64,000 nt of DNA from an uncultured Bacteroidales bacterium (GCA_963710385.1 CAVQAB010000002.1:11880-75879); one strand, 5' to 3'. Positions 1-11,719 are shown, numbered from the stretch's first letter. Notes: a model not told the origin generated them from the sequence alone. Program-made: numbers and translations.

Positions 1-17
1 TTATACCTGCAGAAAAT

Positions 18-2012
18 GTGATGGAACTATCCAGGATAAGTGAGACATTCAGGATCTTTAACGACAGCATATTCCATGGAGGAAACCTGGCCTTAAGACC
101 AACTGGCCTGACCGGCGATGGGGTCATGGCTCTTCCTGATGCCCGGCTCGAGTCGGATTATTTCAGGTACGGATCACGGACCATCCAGGCTGATTCGTCC
201 GGTGTTCAACTGAAGGATAAGTCTTTACAGGAATTCCCGTTCCTTACCAGTAATGTAAATATTCAAATTGACCTGGATAAGCGATTGGGTGAATTCAGGG
301 CCAATGGAGATGCTACACTGATTGAGTTGCCCTACAATCTCTATGAGACCCGTCTAGATCAGATCACATGGTTTATGAACCGCGATGAAGTGGCCCTTAC
401 CCAGAATAAGTACATCCCTCAAAATAGTGTGGATATAGGGATCGATTCTTTAGCATCCAATGGACCAACATATCTCTCCACGCATCCACAACAGGATGAA
501 CTGAATTTCATAGCGCCTGTTGCCACTTATAATTACCGTACCCGAATGTTGCATGCCAGCCGAGTACCCTTTATTGAGGTCGCTGATGCATATGTAATTC
601 CTCATGGGGGTGAGGTGGAGGTCGGATATCAGGCTTCCATGAGTATGTTGGATCATGCCACTGTAATCGCAAACCAGTTGAACAGGCAGCATCTCATACG
701 AGAGGCTTCCATTGGTATAAATGGTGCAAAAGACTATAAAGGATCGGGCTATTATGATTACCGCGATGCCTTTGGCAACAGTCACCAGATCTATTTTGAC
801 CGCATTTGGGTAGATACCACCCTGCAAAGTAATTCCAGAGGAGAGATAGCTCCCGATGATCCCTTTATGCTGAGTCCCTTCTTTGATTTCCAGGGAGAAG
901 TATTTCTCAAGGCCACAAGTCCGTACCTTACTTTTGACGGGGGGACCAGGATTGTTCACGATTGCAATATCTCCAAAGACTGGCTTCGCATCACATCGAC
1001 CATAGATCCTTCGGAAATTCGGATTCCCATTAAAGAACAGATGCAGAATGTTGCATTGAACAGGATCTATGCAGGATCATTGATCACCAGGGATTCAACA
1101 CATATATATTCCACTTTCCTTTCGGGCCGAAAAGATTATTTTGACGCGAACATTACCCGGGCAAGCGGTATTCTCTTTTATGAACCTGAAAGGGAGAGTT
1201 ACATCATCTCCACACCAGAGAAGATCGCAGATTCAACTCGTCCTGGCAATTATTTAAGGTTGGAAACAGCCACTTGCAGAGTCTATGGAGAGGGTCCCAT
1301 CGATCTGACTCTTGATTATGGACAGGTGAAAATGATGTCCGCCGGAAATGCCCAACATATGGTGAGCGAAGATGAATTCTCGGCACACCTGGTTCTTGGC
1401 CTCAATTTCCATTTCTCAAATGAAGCACTGCAGGTGATGGGGAGTGAGATAGACAGCCTGCCAGACCTGGAACCTGTTGATCTGACCCGTCACCGATACC
1501 AGCTGGCCATGCGTGATTTGCTGGGCCTGGATCTTGCAAGGAAGCTGGAACGGGAACTTGCGTTGACCGGGATGTATGAAGAGATTCCACAAGCCTGGAA
1601 GAATACCATCTTTTTCAGTGAACTACCCCTGAAATGGAACCAGGATACACGATCCTTCCGTTACAATGGAAAAGTGGGGATCGGGAATATTGGTGATATT
1701 CAAGTGAATAAGAAGGTGGATGCATATGTTGAACTGGTGGAGAAAGGATCCGGGGATATTTTTGATATATACCTGGAAGTGGATCGAAATACCTGGTACT
1801 ATATGGCTTATTCACCTGGCGGATTGCAGGTACTCTCTTCCAACCGTGAGTTCAATGACATTGTTTATGACCTGAAGGCCGCCGACCGAAGGGTAAGGGC
1901 TAAATTGGGAGAGGCACAATATGTTTACAGCCTCGCAGCACAGCGCAGACTGGAATTATTTCTTGCCCGGTTCCTTGAAATTGAGGAGGGTGGAGAGAGC
2001 GAAGTTTTCTAG
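18..2012 (+). CDS. C-terminal part (at least 664 aa) of a large conserved hypothetical protein. The frame is open to the window edge, so the 5' end is probably missing.
   Basis: Longest ORF in the region, with no stop in this frame from nt 3 onward. I cannot name a family motif. Confidence 0.5.
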   Translation: MMELSRISETFRIFNDSIFHGGNLALRPTGLTGDGVMALPDARLESDYFRYGSRTIQADSSGVQLKDKSLQEFPFLTSNVNIQIDLDKRLGEFRANGDATLIELPYNLYETRLDQITWFMNRDEVALTQNKYIPQNSVDIGIDSLASNGPTYLSTHPQQDELNFIAPVATYNYRTRMLHASRVPFIEVADAYVIPHGGEVEVGYQASMSMLDHATVIANQLNRQHLIREASIGINGAKDYKGSGYYDYRDAFGNSHQIYFDRIWVDTTLQSNSRGEIAPDDPFMLSPFFDFQGEVFLKATSPYLTFDGGTRIVHDCNISKDWLRITSTIDPSEIRIPIKEQMQNVALNRIYAGSLITRDSTHIYSTFLSGRKDYFDANITRASGILFYEPERESYIISTPEKIADSTRPGNYLRLETATCRVYGEGPIDLTLDYGQVKMMSAGNAQHMVSEDEFSAHLVLGLNFHFSNEALQVMGSEIDSLPDLEPVDLTRHRYQLAMRDLLGLDLARKLERELALTGMYEEIPQAWKNTIFFSELPLKWNQDTRSFRYNGKVGIGNIGDIQVNKKVDAYVELVEKGSGDIFDIYLEVDRNTWYYMAYSPGGLQVLSSNREFNDIVYDLKAADRRVRAKLGEAQYVYSLAAQRRLELFLARFLEIEEGGESEVF

Positions 2013-2034
2013 TGTAAGCCCGGTCCCGTATTTT

Positions 2035-2544
2035 TCACAACTGACGTGCTGACCTGGAGCCCAGTTCGATAACGTCCACGTTATCAATACGACCATTGTC
2101 CACTTCAAACCGTATCAGTGTCCGCACGTGATGCAAGCCATAGCGTCCCGCCGCTCCGGGATTCATATGAAGAAATCCATTTTGTTTATCGGGCATCACC
2201 TTAAGGATATGAGAGTGTCCCGAGATAAAGAGTCCAGGCGAATGAGAGAAGATGCCCGGTTTTACCCGGGAATCATAGTGGCCGGGATAGCCACCGATGT
2301 GGGTCATCCAAATATCCAGGCCCTCCCTGACCTGACGCTGGTGCGCTGGATACCTGGAGCGAATGGATGTTCCATCAATGTTCCCATAGACTGCCACCAA
2401 GGGGCTGATGCGGGAGAGCATCTTCACTACATGATCATCTCCAATATCGCCGGCATGCCAGATCTCATCACATTCACCAAAATGATGAGCAATTCGCGGA
2501 TCATAAAAACCATGGGTATCTGAGAGGAGACCAATTCTGAACAC
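2035..2544 (-). CDS. Metallophosphoesterase, YfcE/MJ0936-like phosphodiesterase family
   Basis: Intact 169-aa ORF with the calcineurin-like motif series 'LSDTHG', 'HAGDIGD', 'YGNIDG' and 'SGHSH'. Confidence 0.85.
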   Translation of the reverse strand: MFRIGLLSDTHGFYDPRIAHHFGECDEIWHAGDIGDDHVVKMLSRISPLVAVYGNIDGTSIRSRYPAHQRQVREGLDIWMTHIGGYPGHYDSRVKPGIFSHSPGLFISGHSHILKVMPDKQNGFLHMNPGAAGRYGLHHVRTLIRFEVDNGRIDNVDVIELGSRSARQL

Positions 2545-2596
2545 AGCATTGAAATTTGGCCGGTTAATTTACTAATTTTAGATTCAAATCGGTGAC

Positions 2597-3299
2597 ATGA
2601 ACCTTTTTTACACTCCCCATATTGAGGGCGATATTTTTGAACTGGATGAAAAGGAATCGAAGCACTCTGTGCGTGTACTTCGCTTAACTGTTGGTGATCA
2701 GGTAATTCTGGTGGATGGACTAGGAGGATGGTATGAGGCAGTCATTGAAGATGATCATCCCAAAAAATGCCGGCTCAAAGTTCTTTCTCATACTACTGAA
2801 TATCAACCCCTTTCCTATGGATTACATCTGGCGGTTTCACCTATAAAAAATACAGATCGATTCGAGTGGTTCCTTGAAAAATCGACTGAAATTGGGATCA
2901 CTGAGGTTACACCCCTCCTCTGTCACCGCACAGAACGAAAACAGGTAAAAATGGAACGGCTTGAACGTATTATCATTTCCGCCATGAAACAATCCCAGAG
3001 GGCTTATAAACCGATCCTTCATGATCCTGTCAACCTGGTGAATTTTATTGGCATGGATCATCAGTGGCACTAAAGGCATTGCACATTGCCATGCAACAGA
3101 CCGAAAGGGAGTGAATGATCTAAACCGGTCCCATCGCTACACATTGCTTGTGGGGCCAGAAGGAGATTTCACGGAAGAAGAGGTGAAATCGGCCATCAAA
3201 GCTGGCTACGTACCCTTCCACCTGGGAGAGTCGAGATTGAGAACAGAGACCGCAGGAGTATACATCTGCTCAGCTGTTCATTTCCTCCATCAAATTTAG
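2597..3299 (+). pseudogene. rsmE: 16S rRNA (uracil1498-N3)-methyltransferase RsmE, split by one frameshift near 3050-3070
   Basis: ORFs 2597-3073 and 3048-3299 together give a full RsmE. The N-terminal PUA-like part contains 'HSVRVLRL'. The C-terminal part contains 'LLVGPEGDFTEEE' and 'LGESRLRTETA'. Confidence 0.85.
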
Positions 3300-3346
3300 G
3301 TAATAACTACTTGGATTTTAGTGCTTAGGACCAGGAGCCAGGCACT

Positions 3347-3373
3347 AAAAAAGGGACCAGGGGCCCCTTTTTT
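3347..3373. terminator. Possible bidirectional intrinsic terminator between the convergent rsmE gene and the sigma-factor unit
   Basis: AAAAAAGGG..CCCTTTTTT inverted repeat with a GC-rich centre, flanked by an A-run and a T-run. Confidence 0.4.
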
Positions 3374-3559
3374 CTAGATTTTCCGTAAAACGGATTGTAC
3401 AAGTCTGTCACCTGGATCAATCACCAGAGGTTCCAATAATTTGTTTAAAAAGTTGTCTTCTAATTCTTGATCCAGTAATTCCGGGTTGTCGGTTGATACG
3501 TTTGATTCATCAAATCCATCCACCCGGTGAAATAGGGTAGAAACTTTTACCATAGGCAA
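3374..3559 (-). CDS. Small acidic hypothetical protein (61 aa) downstream of the ECF sigma factor
   Basis: ORF only. It lies 69 nt after the sigma stop on the same strand. It has no TM segment and no zinc-finger anti-sigma motif. Confidence 0.3.
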   Translation of the reverse strand: MPMVKVSTLFHRVDGFDESNVSTDNPELLDQELEDNFLNKLLEPLVIDPGDRLVQSVLRKI

Positions 3560-3628
3560 TTTTAGTTAGGTTTTCATATATAGAACGCCCAACCCGCTGG
3601 ATTATTGTGAAAAAAATGTGAAAGAATC

Positions 3629-4168
3629 TTAATAAACCGTAAGAGTGAGGTCTTTTTCCTTGATCAGTTTTCTGAGATTAATCAGTGCATAGCGCATCCG
3701 GCCCAGGGCTGTATTGATACTCACATCGGTCTGGTCGGCTATCTCCTTGAAGCTTAGTCCCCCGTAATGCCTGAGAAGAACCACTTCGCGCTGGTCATCC
3801 GGGAGTTCATTGATCAGGGATCGGATTTCCGCTTTGATCTGGCTGCTCACAATAAGCTCTTCGATGTTGTCATCCGAAAGCTTTTTGCTGTTGAACAGAT
3901 CTACCTCTGTATCGTCGTTGGAGACCGAATTCATCTGTTTCTCCTTCCTGAAATGGTCAATGATCAGGTTATGGGCAATGCGAATCACCCAGGAAAGAAA
4001 CCTGCCATTGTCCCTGTATTTACCGCCACGCAGGGATTGGATTACTTTTATAAAGGTTTCCTGAAATAGATCCTCAGCCAGTGGCTGATTCTTAATGGTA
4101 AGCAATATATAAGTATACACCTTGCTACGGTGCCGGTTAATTAAGGATCTCAATGGCTGATTGATCAC
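3629..4168 (-). CDS. RNA polymerase ECF-type sigma-70 family factor. The N-terminus is probably truncated by an indel near 4146.
   Basis: Region 2 contains 'AEDLFQETFIKV' and region 4 contains 'LSFKEIADQTDVSINTALGRMRYA'. Just upstream, in another frame, I read 'KKSLLNDQDLVQAYIKGDQSAIEIL'. Removing one extra A joins this to 'INRHRSKVYTYIL', which suggests a real start at a TTG near 4220. Confidence 0.85.
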   Translation of the reverse strand: MINQPLRSLINRHRSKVYTYILLTIKNQPLAEDLFQETFIKVIQSLRGGKYRDNGRFLSWVIRIAHNLIIDHFRKEKQMNSVSNDDTEVDLFNSKKLSDDNIEELIVSSQIKAEIRSLINELPDDQREVVLLRHYGGLSFKEIADQTDVSINTALGRMRYALINLRKLIKEKDLTLTVY

Positions 4169-4359
4169 CTTTGATATATGCTTGAACCAAATCCTGGTCG
4201 TTCAATAAACTCTTTTTCAAAACTCTCGTTCCTGTTGGTTAAGCGTAGAGGTGTTCCTATAGGCAGGTTGTTTTAGTGTTGATTTATTAAGATTGCAATT
4301 AAGCAAAAATAATTGTTATTACAAAATGTAGCTACTTTTACGCGCTGCACTAAGGTTTC

Positions 4360-7177
4360 ATGCAAATTATGCCAGCTATCAACGACCAGGAAATACATAT
4401 AAAAGGAGCCAGGGTTCACAACCTGAAAAATGTGGAATTAAGGATTCCCACGAGACCAGATGGTGGTGATTACCGGCCTATCAGGTTCGGGTAAATCCTC
4501 CCTGGCATTTGATACGCTTTATGCTGAGGGTCAGCGACGTTATGTGGAGAGTCTGTCAGCTTATGCCAGGCAATTTCTGGGTCGGATCGATAAACCGGAT
4601 GTGGACTTTATCCATGGCATCCCACCGGCGGTGGCCCTGGAACAGACGGGTGAATACCCGGAATCCCCGTTCCACGGTTGGTACTTCCACGGAGATCTAT
4701 GATTATATCAAGCTGCTGTTTGCCCGGATAGGTAAAACCTATTCCCCGGTTTCAGGTAAACTGGTCAAGAAGCATTCAGTTACCGATGTGGTGGATTATA
4801 TCCTTGAAGCAGAACGGAGGAAAGCAGACTGGTGATCCTCTCAACGGTTTGCCTGAAGGCAGAAAAGGATCTTGATTATCAGCTGGATATCTTTATTCAG
4901 CAGGGCATGACCCGTGCCATGGTGGATAACAAGATTATTCAGTTGGAAGATCTGAAAGATGGGAGAACCAAGCCCTGAACACTTACTTGCTTAGATCTGG
5001 TGGTGGACAGGATTGTGGTTCAGAAGGATGAAGAATCGGTGAGCAGGTTTGGAGATTCGGTTCAGACTGCTCTGCAGATGGGGCATGGCCATTGCATGAT
5101 CTGGGATCCTGAAAATGGAAAAATCTGAGGAGTTTTCCACCCGGTTTGAAGCCGATGGAATGGAGTTTGAGGAACCTTCAGAACACCTGTTCAGTTTTAA
5201 CAATCCACTTGGTGCCTGTCCTGTCTGTGAAGGATATGGAAAGGTCATGGGTATTGATGAGGATCTGGTTATTCCCGACAAGCGACTTTCGGTTTATGAT
5301 GATGCGGTGGTATGCTGGAAAGGGGAGAAGATGAAGAGGTGGAAGGAAAGCCTGGTGATGAAGGCTGATCAGTTTGATTTTCCTATTCATACACCCTATT
5401 ATCAGTTGACCGATGAACAGCGTAATCTGCTTTGGAAAGGAAACAGGTATTTCAGAGGGATTGAACCGTTTTTTCAAACACCTGGAAGAGAAAGAAATAC
5501 AAGATACAGTACAGGGTGATGCTTTCCCGTTACCGAGGGAAGACCATCTGTCCGGAATGCAACGGAAGCCGATTGAGAAAGGAAGCCAGACTATGTGAAG
5601 GTGGGAGGAAAGACCATCAGTGATCTGGTGAAACTTGCCCGTGTCGGAGCTGGAAGGATTCTTTGAGAAGCTGAAACTCAGCCAAGAAAGGAAACTGAAA
5701 TTTCAGAACGTCTGCTGAAGGAGATCAACAGCCGACTGCATTTTATGACCAGTGTGGGCTTGGTTACCTGACGCTGAATCGCTTATCATCTACCCTGTCG
5801 GGAGGGGAGAGTCAGCGGATCAACCTGGCCACTTCCCTGGGAAGCAGCCTGGTGGGCTCACTCTATATCCTGGATGAACCCAGCATTGGATTGCATTCCA
5901 CGGGATACAGAACAGCTGATCGGTGTACTCAGGGAGCTGCAGCAACTGGGCAATACAGTGGTGATCGTAGAACATGATGAAGAGATCATCAGGTCTGTCA
6001 GACCATGTGATTGATATGGGTCCCATGGCAGGAAGGCATGGGGGTGAAGTGGTTTTTCAGGGAGACCACAAGGCGCTTCTGAAGGAGAAGAAGAGTCTTA
6101 CAGCCAGGTATATGAATGGATTGGAAATGATTCCAGGTCCCACAGACACGGCGAAAATGGAACAACTACCTGGAGTTGAAAGGGGCCCGGGAAAACAATC
6201 TAACGGGAATCGATGTGAAGTTTCCCTTGAATATCATGACAGTGGTCACCGGAGTAAGCGGATCGGGAAAATCCAGCCTGGTAAGTTCTATCCTCTATCC
6301 GGCACTCAATAAACAATCTGAATGGTTCAGGTGAAAAACCAGGGAAACATGACCTCCTGACCGGGGATCTGCACCTGTTGGACCGGGTAGAATTTGTGGA
6401 CCAGAATCCCATAGGAAAATCTTCCCGTTCAAATCCGGTAACCTATCTGAAAGCTTTTGATGAGATCCGAAAACTGTATGCCGCTCAGCAGGCTTCGAAA
6501 ATCAATGGATTATAAGGCTTCCCATTTTTCGTTTAATATTGATGGAGGCAGGTGTGATGAATGCCAGGGAGAGGGTGAGATCAAGGTGGAGATGCAGTTC
6601 ATGGCCGATGTAAGGCTTATCTGCGACAGTTGTCATGGCAAGCGTTTCAAGGATGATATTCTCCAGGTTGCTTATAAGGAGAAAAGTATTTTCGATGTAC
6701 TTGAAATGACCATCAATGAGGCCATTGAGTTTTTCAGCAAATCGGAGGAGAGCTACTGAAAAAAGAATCGTAAAGAAGATTAAGCCTCTTCAGCAGGTGG
6801 GTCTTGGATATGTGAAGCTGGGACAGTCTTCCAGTACCCTAAGCGGGGGGGAGAGTCAGCGGATCAAACTGGCTTTTTTCCTGAGCAAAGAATCGGAGGA
6901 GGAGAAAGTTCTTTTCATCTTCGATGAACCGACCACTGGTTTGCACATGCATGATATTTCATTGCTGCTATCATCCTTTGAATCGTTACTGGGGAAAGGT
7001 CATTCAGTCCTGGTTATTGAGCATAACCTGGAGGTGATCAAATATGCGGATTGGATCATTGACCTGGGACCGGAAGGAGGCGATCAGGGAGGCACCGTTG
7101 TTTTTGAAGGCATCCCTGAGGATATTGGACTCCATGATTCTCATACTGGAACCTACCTGCGTTCCAAACTCAATTAA
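4360..7177 (+). pseudogene. uvrA: Excinuclease ABC subunit UvrA, broken into many pieces (more than 10 frame changes plus in-frame stops)
   Basis: The pieces tile the whole UvrA sequence across three frames:
- 'IKGARVHNLKNV'
- '[38 protein letters not shown]'
- '[24 protein letters not shown]'
- 'FSFNNPLGACPVCEGYG'
- 'LSGGESQRI' (twice)
- 'FSFNIDGGRCDECQGEGEIKVEMQFMADV'
- 'FIFDEPTTGLH'
- 'IDLGPEGGDQGG'. Confidence 0.9.
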
Positions 7178-8439
7178 AAGAAGTAGTAAACTCCCGCAAG
7201 TGCCCTAAGGTTTCCTACGGTAATGGTCTGATCCGGGACAAAGAATTCATTGTAATCGCTACCGTATGCAGCCTGGGTGTATTCTAACTCAAGGGCCAAT
7301 CTAACCTTACCGGAATTATAGACAATCCGCGGTGATATCCTATACATAGTATGAATGTCTGTGGCCAGTCCGTAAACTGCATTGTTTGGGTCTGACATGG
7401 CTTCCTTGGTTCCAGAATTGTATAAGATCCCGCCAAATACGCCCACCTGGGGATTTCCATTGGTATGTAGTTCACCCCAATAGGCCATGCTTTTCAGAGG
7501 TGTGTAGGATTGCTCGCCAGTAGTGGGATTGCTTATATCTTTTATTCCAAATCCGCTGATGGCCAGTACATCGGAAATATTCTCACCATACCTGACCTGT
7601 GCTTTTAGGGTAATGGGGCCAGTGGTAATTTTGGAGAATGCCATGGCTGTGATGCCATGGACCAATTCCTGAACCTTGTAAATCTCATCAGGCCCCATCA
7701 CACTTTCCAGGCGTGGGGCAATGGTCTTATAGGCCAGGCCTGCGCCTGCGATGAAGCCAGTTCCGGTGTCAGCATTTTTTCTATTAAAATGAACCTGAAA
7801 ATGCATATCCGGAGTGGCCGAATTCCTGATGTATTTACAGTTTGGCCCGTCAACCCCTCTTGAAGTGTAGTCCACCTGTGATAATGCAGCTGCAACGATC
7901 TTCAGACTACCGAAATTGAATGTAAACCTGAGTTGTGGATTCCTGGCAAAAGATTGCATTGGAGCCCCGGTGTTAAAGGATACTGTACCTGGAAAACAAT
8001 CTGTGACGAACAGTGGATTCCAGGTATATCCTGCCAGGGATTCAAAATGGGTCCAGTTCAGTTTCACAAAAGCATGTCTCATTCTGAACAGGTTGATATT
8101 GTCATTGGCCTGGGCAAAGAAATCACCTTCGATCAAACCCGATGTCCTGGCACCAAATGCATCGGGACCCGTAATCTTTCCCGATAACCTGGACTGTATG
8201 GCCAGTATGTTATAAGTGGATTTTGAATTGATGTCATTTCCGTACTCATCCAGTTTTTCGGGTGCCGGCCAAAGAAGAAAATGACCTTCTCTTGCACATA
8301 TGGTTTGTCTGGAATCTACAAAAAAATCATTCTTGACGAATCCGGAGAATTTGATTCCAAAACCTGCCTCATCCTGAGCGCTGATGGTCAGGATGGATAA
8401 GAATGACAATAACATAGAATAGATGTGGGAGCGTTTCAT
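7174..8439 (-). CDS. Outer-membrane beta-barrel, porin-like protein
   Basis: Intact 421-aa ORF with signal peptide 'MKRSHIYSMLLSFLSILTISAQ'. It has alternating beta-strand-like sequence rich in aromatic residues and Gly, and a C-terminal 'GVYYFF'. It is the last gene of the symporter operon. Confidence 0.6.
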   Translation of the reverse strand: MKRSHIYSMLLSFLSILTISAQDEAGFGIKFSGFVKNDFFVDSRQTICAREGHFLLWPAPEKLDEYGNDINSKSTYNILAIQSRLSGKITGPDAFGARTSGLIEGDFFAQANDNINLFRMRHAFVKLNWTHFESLAGYTWNPLFVTDCFPGTVSFNTGAPMQSFARNPQLRFTFNFGSLKIVAAALSQVDYTSRGVDGPNCKYIRNSATPDMHFQVHFNRKNADTGTGFIAGAGLAYKTIAPRLESVMGPDEIYKVQELVHGITAMAFSKITTGPITLKAQVRYGENISDVLAISGFGIKDISNPTTGEQSYTPLKSMAYWGELHTNGNPQVGVFGGILYNSGTKEAMSDPNNAVYGLATDIHTMYRISPRIVYNSGKVRLALELEYTQAAYGSDYNEFFVPDQTITVGNLRALAGVYYFF

Positions 8440-8461
8440 GTCAGATTGAGTTTAATAGTTG

Positions 8462-9275
8462 CTATGGATCCTTTTCAGGAGGAAAGAGTTGTTGTATGAT
8501 ATTACGTTTTCTAACAGGTCGGTTTAATAACTTATTCAGGTTGTTTTCAGCATCCAGGTTGCGGTCCCAAAGCACCAGTGCTCTTTCATACTGCTTCACT
8601 GCATCCTCATAATTTCCCTGAAATCGGGATACCAATCCCAGATTGGTGTAGCATACAGATAACCGTCTGTTGTTTTCCAGCTGTGCTTTTTCAATTTCCC
8701 TTATCCTTGCTTCAAGGTACTCGCTTTTGAGATGAGGCTCTGAATCTTCAAGCCCTACCATGAATCCGGATTCGATCATGGCCTGAATCTGCTGTTTCGA
8801 TTTACCTTCATATCTGCTATTCCAGTTGTTATAGGTTGTGATGGCTCTATTCACATACATTTCTGCAAGTGAAACTATTGAATCAGTGGGCCATTCCCAC
8901 CAGGGATTGGATGTTTGGGGAATAGAGTCTCCGAAAAGGGCAATGGTTAGCAAAGAAGCTGCCCGGTTGTTGTCGACAACACCCAATTCGAAAGATTCCC
9001 TGTAATGTGTCGTAGATTTATATATCTGCTCAATGGAATCAAGAAGGGTGAAAATGCGGTAATAATCGCCAGATCGGGCGTATTGCATCGTAGCCAGAAT
9101 AGAGCTCACGGGCCTGAAGAATACGGGGATCAACGGCGCGATTCACATTCCCATAGTAGGACCTGGCAATCACAATGCCAATCACCACGATGATCACCAT
9201 AACCAACACCACCCTTCCTATGGAACGCCGCCTGCCAGACATCATCATCGATTTACTAACTGTGTACCTGTTCAA
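8462..9275 (-). pseudogene. Membrane-anchored TPR-like hypothetical protein, one frameshift near 9100
   Basis: ORF 9039-9275 gives an N-terminal TM helix ('VVLVMVIIVVIGIVIA'). ORF 8462-9133 continues with helical-repeat sequence ('NLGLVSRFQGNYEDAVKQYERALVLW'). Confidence 0.5.
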
Positions 9276-10928
9276 TCAGGAATTTCCTGATTTCAATTGG
9301 AGTTTCTTTGGTAAGTTTTGATACAACAATATGTACTATAATGGCCAATGGTGCGCCGATCCAGGCAAAGTACCAGGCTTCTAAGCCAATAGCTGATGAA
9401 TTCGTGAGCCGGAAGTGTAACTCCGGATTTACCCGCGATAAAGTAGGTAATTGCAATCACGGATACAATCCCACCTGTAATCAGACCGGCAATGGCCCCT
9501 GATTTGTTGGATCCGCTCCACCATATACCTAACAGGAACAGTGGGAAAATGGTACATCCTGCCAGCGAAAAGGCTACTGCAACCAGCTGACCAATCAAAG
9601 CAAAATTCTTCAGTGCAATGAGCGTCACGATGATGGCCATCAGAATGGTTCCCAGGCGGGCATAGAGCAATTGCCTTTTTGGACTGGCATCCGGATTGAT
9701 TACCTTCACATAGAGGTCATGGGCAAATGCAGATGATCCTGCTACCAGTAGACCGGATACTGTTGAAAATGCTGCTGAAACCCCGCCAGCAGCAAGTAAT
9801 CCGACAATCAGGGGATGGATGTTCCCCAGTTGAGCCGTATATACTACAATGGCATCCTTGGCAAGTGTTCCTACTTCCGGATGTGCCGAAAGAATCTTTC
9901 CGAAAGCGGCATATGCCGGTGCACTCCAGTAGAGAATACAGATGAAGAAAAGGCCCCATACTACAGACCATCTTGCATCCCTTGCCTTTGGCACTACATA
10001 GAACCGTTGAATTACGTGGGGCAGACCTGCGGTTCCTATCATCAGAGAAAAGGCAATGGCAATCCACTGGAAGAACGTCTTTCCGGTGGGAGGATCCCAC
10101 GGCATGGCAAATTCAGGTGCCGGGACAATGGCATAGTCATGCCCCAGTGAATTTATCAATTCCTTGGTTTCATTGATGGGCAAGCCAGAGATGACATCAG
10201 ATACCACGGATCCGTATCCGATCTGGGGTACCAGCCAGAAATAGTCGAATTTAGCTGTGAGGATAAACAGTGGAATCAGAAATGAAATAATGATGATCAC
10301 ATACTGGATCTGCATATTCTTGGTAACTCCCAGCATCCCGGAAATGAGTGTATAGGTCAGTACCACCAGTCCCCCAATAATTACGGCCCAGGTGTAATCA
10401 ATACCCATCACCCATTTGAACATGAGGCCGATTCCTCCAAACTGACCCACACAATAGGATATAGAGATAAGAATGGCAATGATAGCTCCTACTGCTCTTA
10501 GGTCTTTAGAATAATAGCGGTCGCCGATAAAATCGGCAGCAGTATATTTTCCGTATTTTCGGATCTGTCCGGCCATGAGGATAAGCAACAGGACATAACC
10601 ACCGGTCCAGCCTACGACATAGGCCAGTCCATGATAACCTGAACCATACATCAGTGCTGCCATTCCCAGGAAGGAAGCTGCACTCATCCAGTTGGAAGCA
10701 ATGGCCATTCCAGAACCTACCTTGGAAATTCCTCGTTCCTGCTGCATAGAAATCAGTGGTGTCCTTTGCCCGGAAGACCATGCCCACCAGCACAAATAAG
10801 ATAAGGATGGTAATCAGGATAATGGCCGGTCCGACTTTGAAACTTCCTTCAAGTTGGGTGGCTGCAGTTGCAGCGTTGGAGCAAATTGGGAAAAGACAAT
10901 ATAGATGAGTGGAAATAGTATTTTTTCA
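9256..10928 (-). pseudogene. Sodium:solute symporter (SSS family, VC_2705/ActP-like large subunit), at least 3 frameshifts
   Basis: Core ORF 9293-10795 is polytopic with SSS-like sequence ('GMAIASNWMSAASFLGMAALMYGSGYHGLAY'). The N-terminus ('LVGMVFRAKDTTDFYAAG') and C-terminus ('AWYFAWIGAPLAIIVHIVVSKL') lie in other frames. Confidence 0.8.
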
Positions 10929-10964
10929 TGATTGGAATCTTTTAATGTTGGAGCGAGGTGATAT

Positions 10965-11719
10965 TTAGTCTTCTATACCATATTTCTTATTGAACAGATC
11001 TGTTCTGACACAATATAACCAGCACAGTCCAACAAACAGGATTAGCAGGAATACTGCAGTATAGAAATAGTGAAATGGAAAACCCAGGAATTTTATATCA
11101 GTCAGGACCGACTGGTTATGAATTAAATACAATCCCATTGCTTCCACAAAAACATCCCTGCGTCTCAGCATCGAATGATTCCATGAGTGAGGATTTGACT
11201 TCAAGGGGGGCAATTCTTCCCCTTACATCCGTTGGTTGCAAGTTGAATAGATTCACCATGACGGGGATGAGTTTATTTTTTTCAGCCACATATGAAGCAT
11301 CAGAAATATCAGTGGTGGCGGCTGCGACACTTTCGAACCTGGCAACGGACTTGTTGAATTTCAAACTGCTGATTGCTTCCGGCAATTTGAAAGGCCATCC
11401 AGCTTACAGCATTGTCCAGCGCTGCTCTGTGCTCCGGATCAATTGCTACTTTCCCAAGTACTGAAAGGGCAGATTGCCCTGCATTTTGAAAATCGACCAT
11501 GGTCGGTGATCCGGCTTCAATGTTTTTCCAACTGGACTCAAACTGAGTATAAGCTGGTTCCGGAGTAGGTTTTTCCAGGATTTTCAGTAAGATCTGAAAT
11601 CCAAAGATGGCAACAGCCCATATTAGTACGAACTGCACCACCATATTCCGGTTTCGTCTGGCACTGTCTGTGGTGGGTTTGAAAAAACTAATGTGATAGT
11701 CGTTTTGTTGAGGGTCCAT
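10965..11719 (-). pseudogene. DUF4212-like symporter small subunit with a long internal insertion, 2 frameshifts
   Basis: Three overlapping ORFs (11309-11719, 11116-11385, 10965-11213) join into one gene. TM1 is 'MVVQFVLIWAVAIFGFQILL'. The C-terminal part is 'FLGFPFHYFYTAVFLLILFVGLCWLYCVRTDLFNKKYG', the usual DUF4212 ending. The gene sits directly upstream of the SSS symporter, as is typical. Confidence 0.55.

Noticed and set aside
450-1815. Several 60-169-aa minus-strand ORFs inside the first large gene. Similar nested ORFs occur throughout the window (for example 2128-2523, 7916-8215, 9727-10176, 19177-19782, 60121-60357, 61062-62170).
   Set aside because: All are embedded antisense or out of frame in longer ORFs that have clear homology or coding character. 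None has a recognisable motif.
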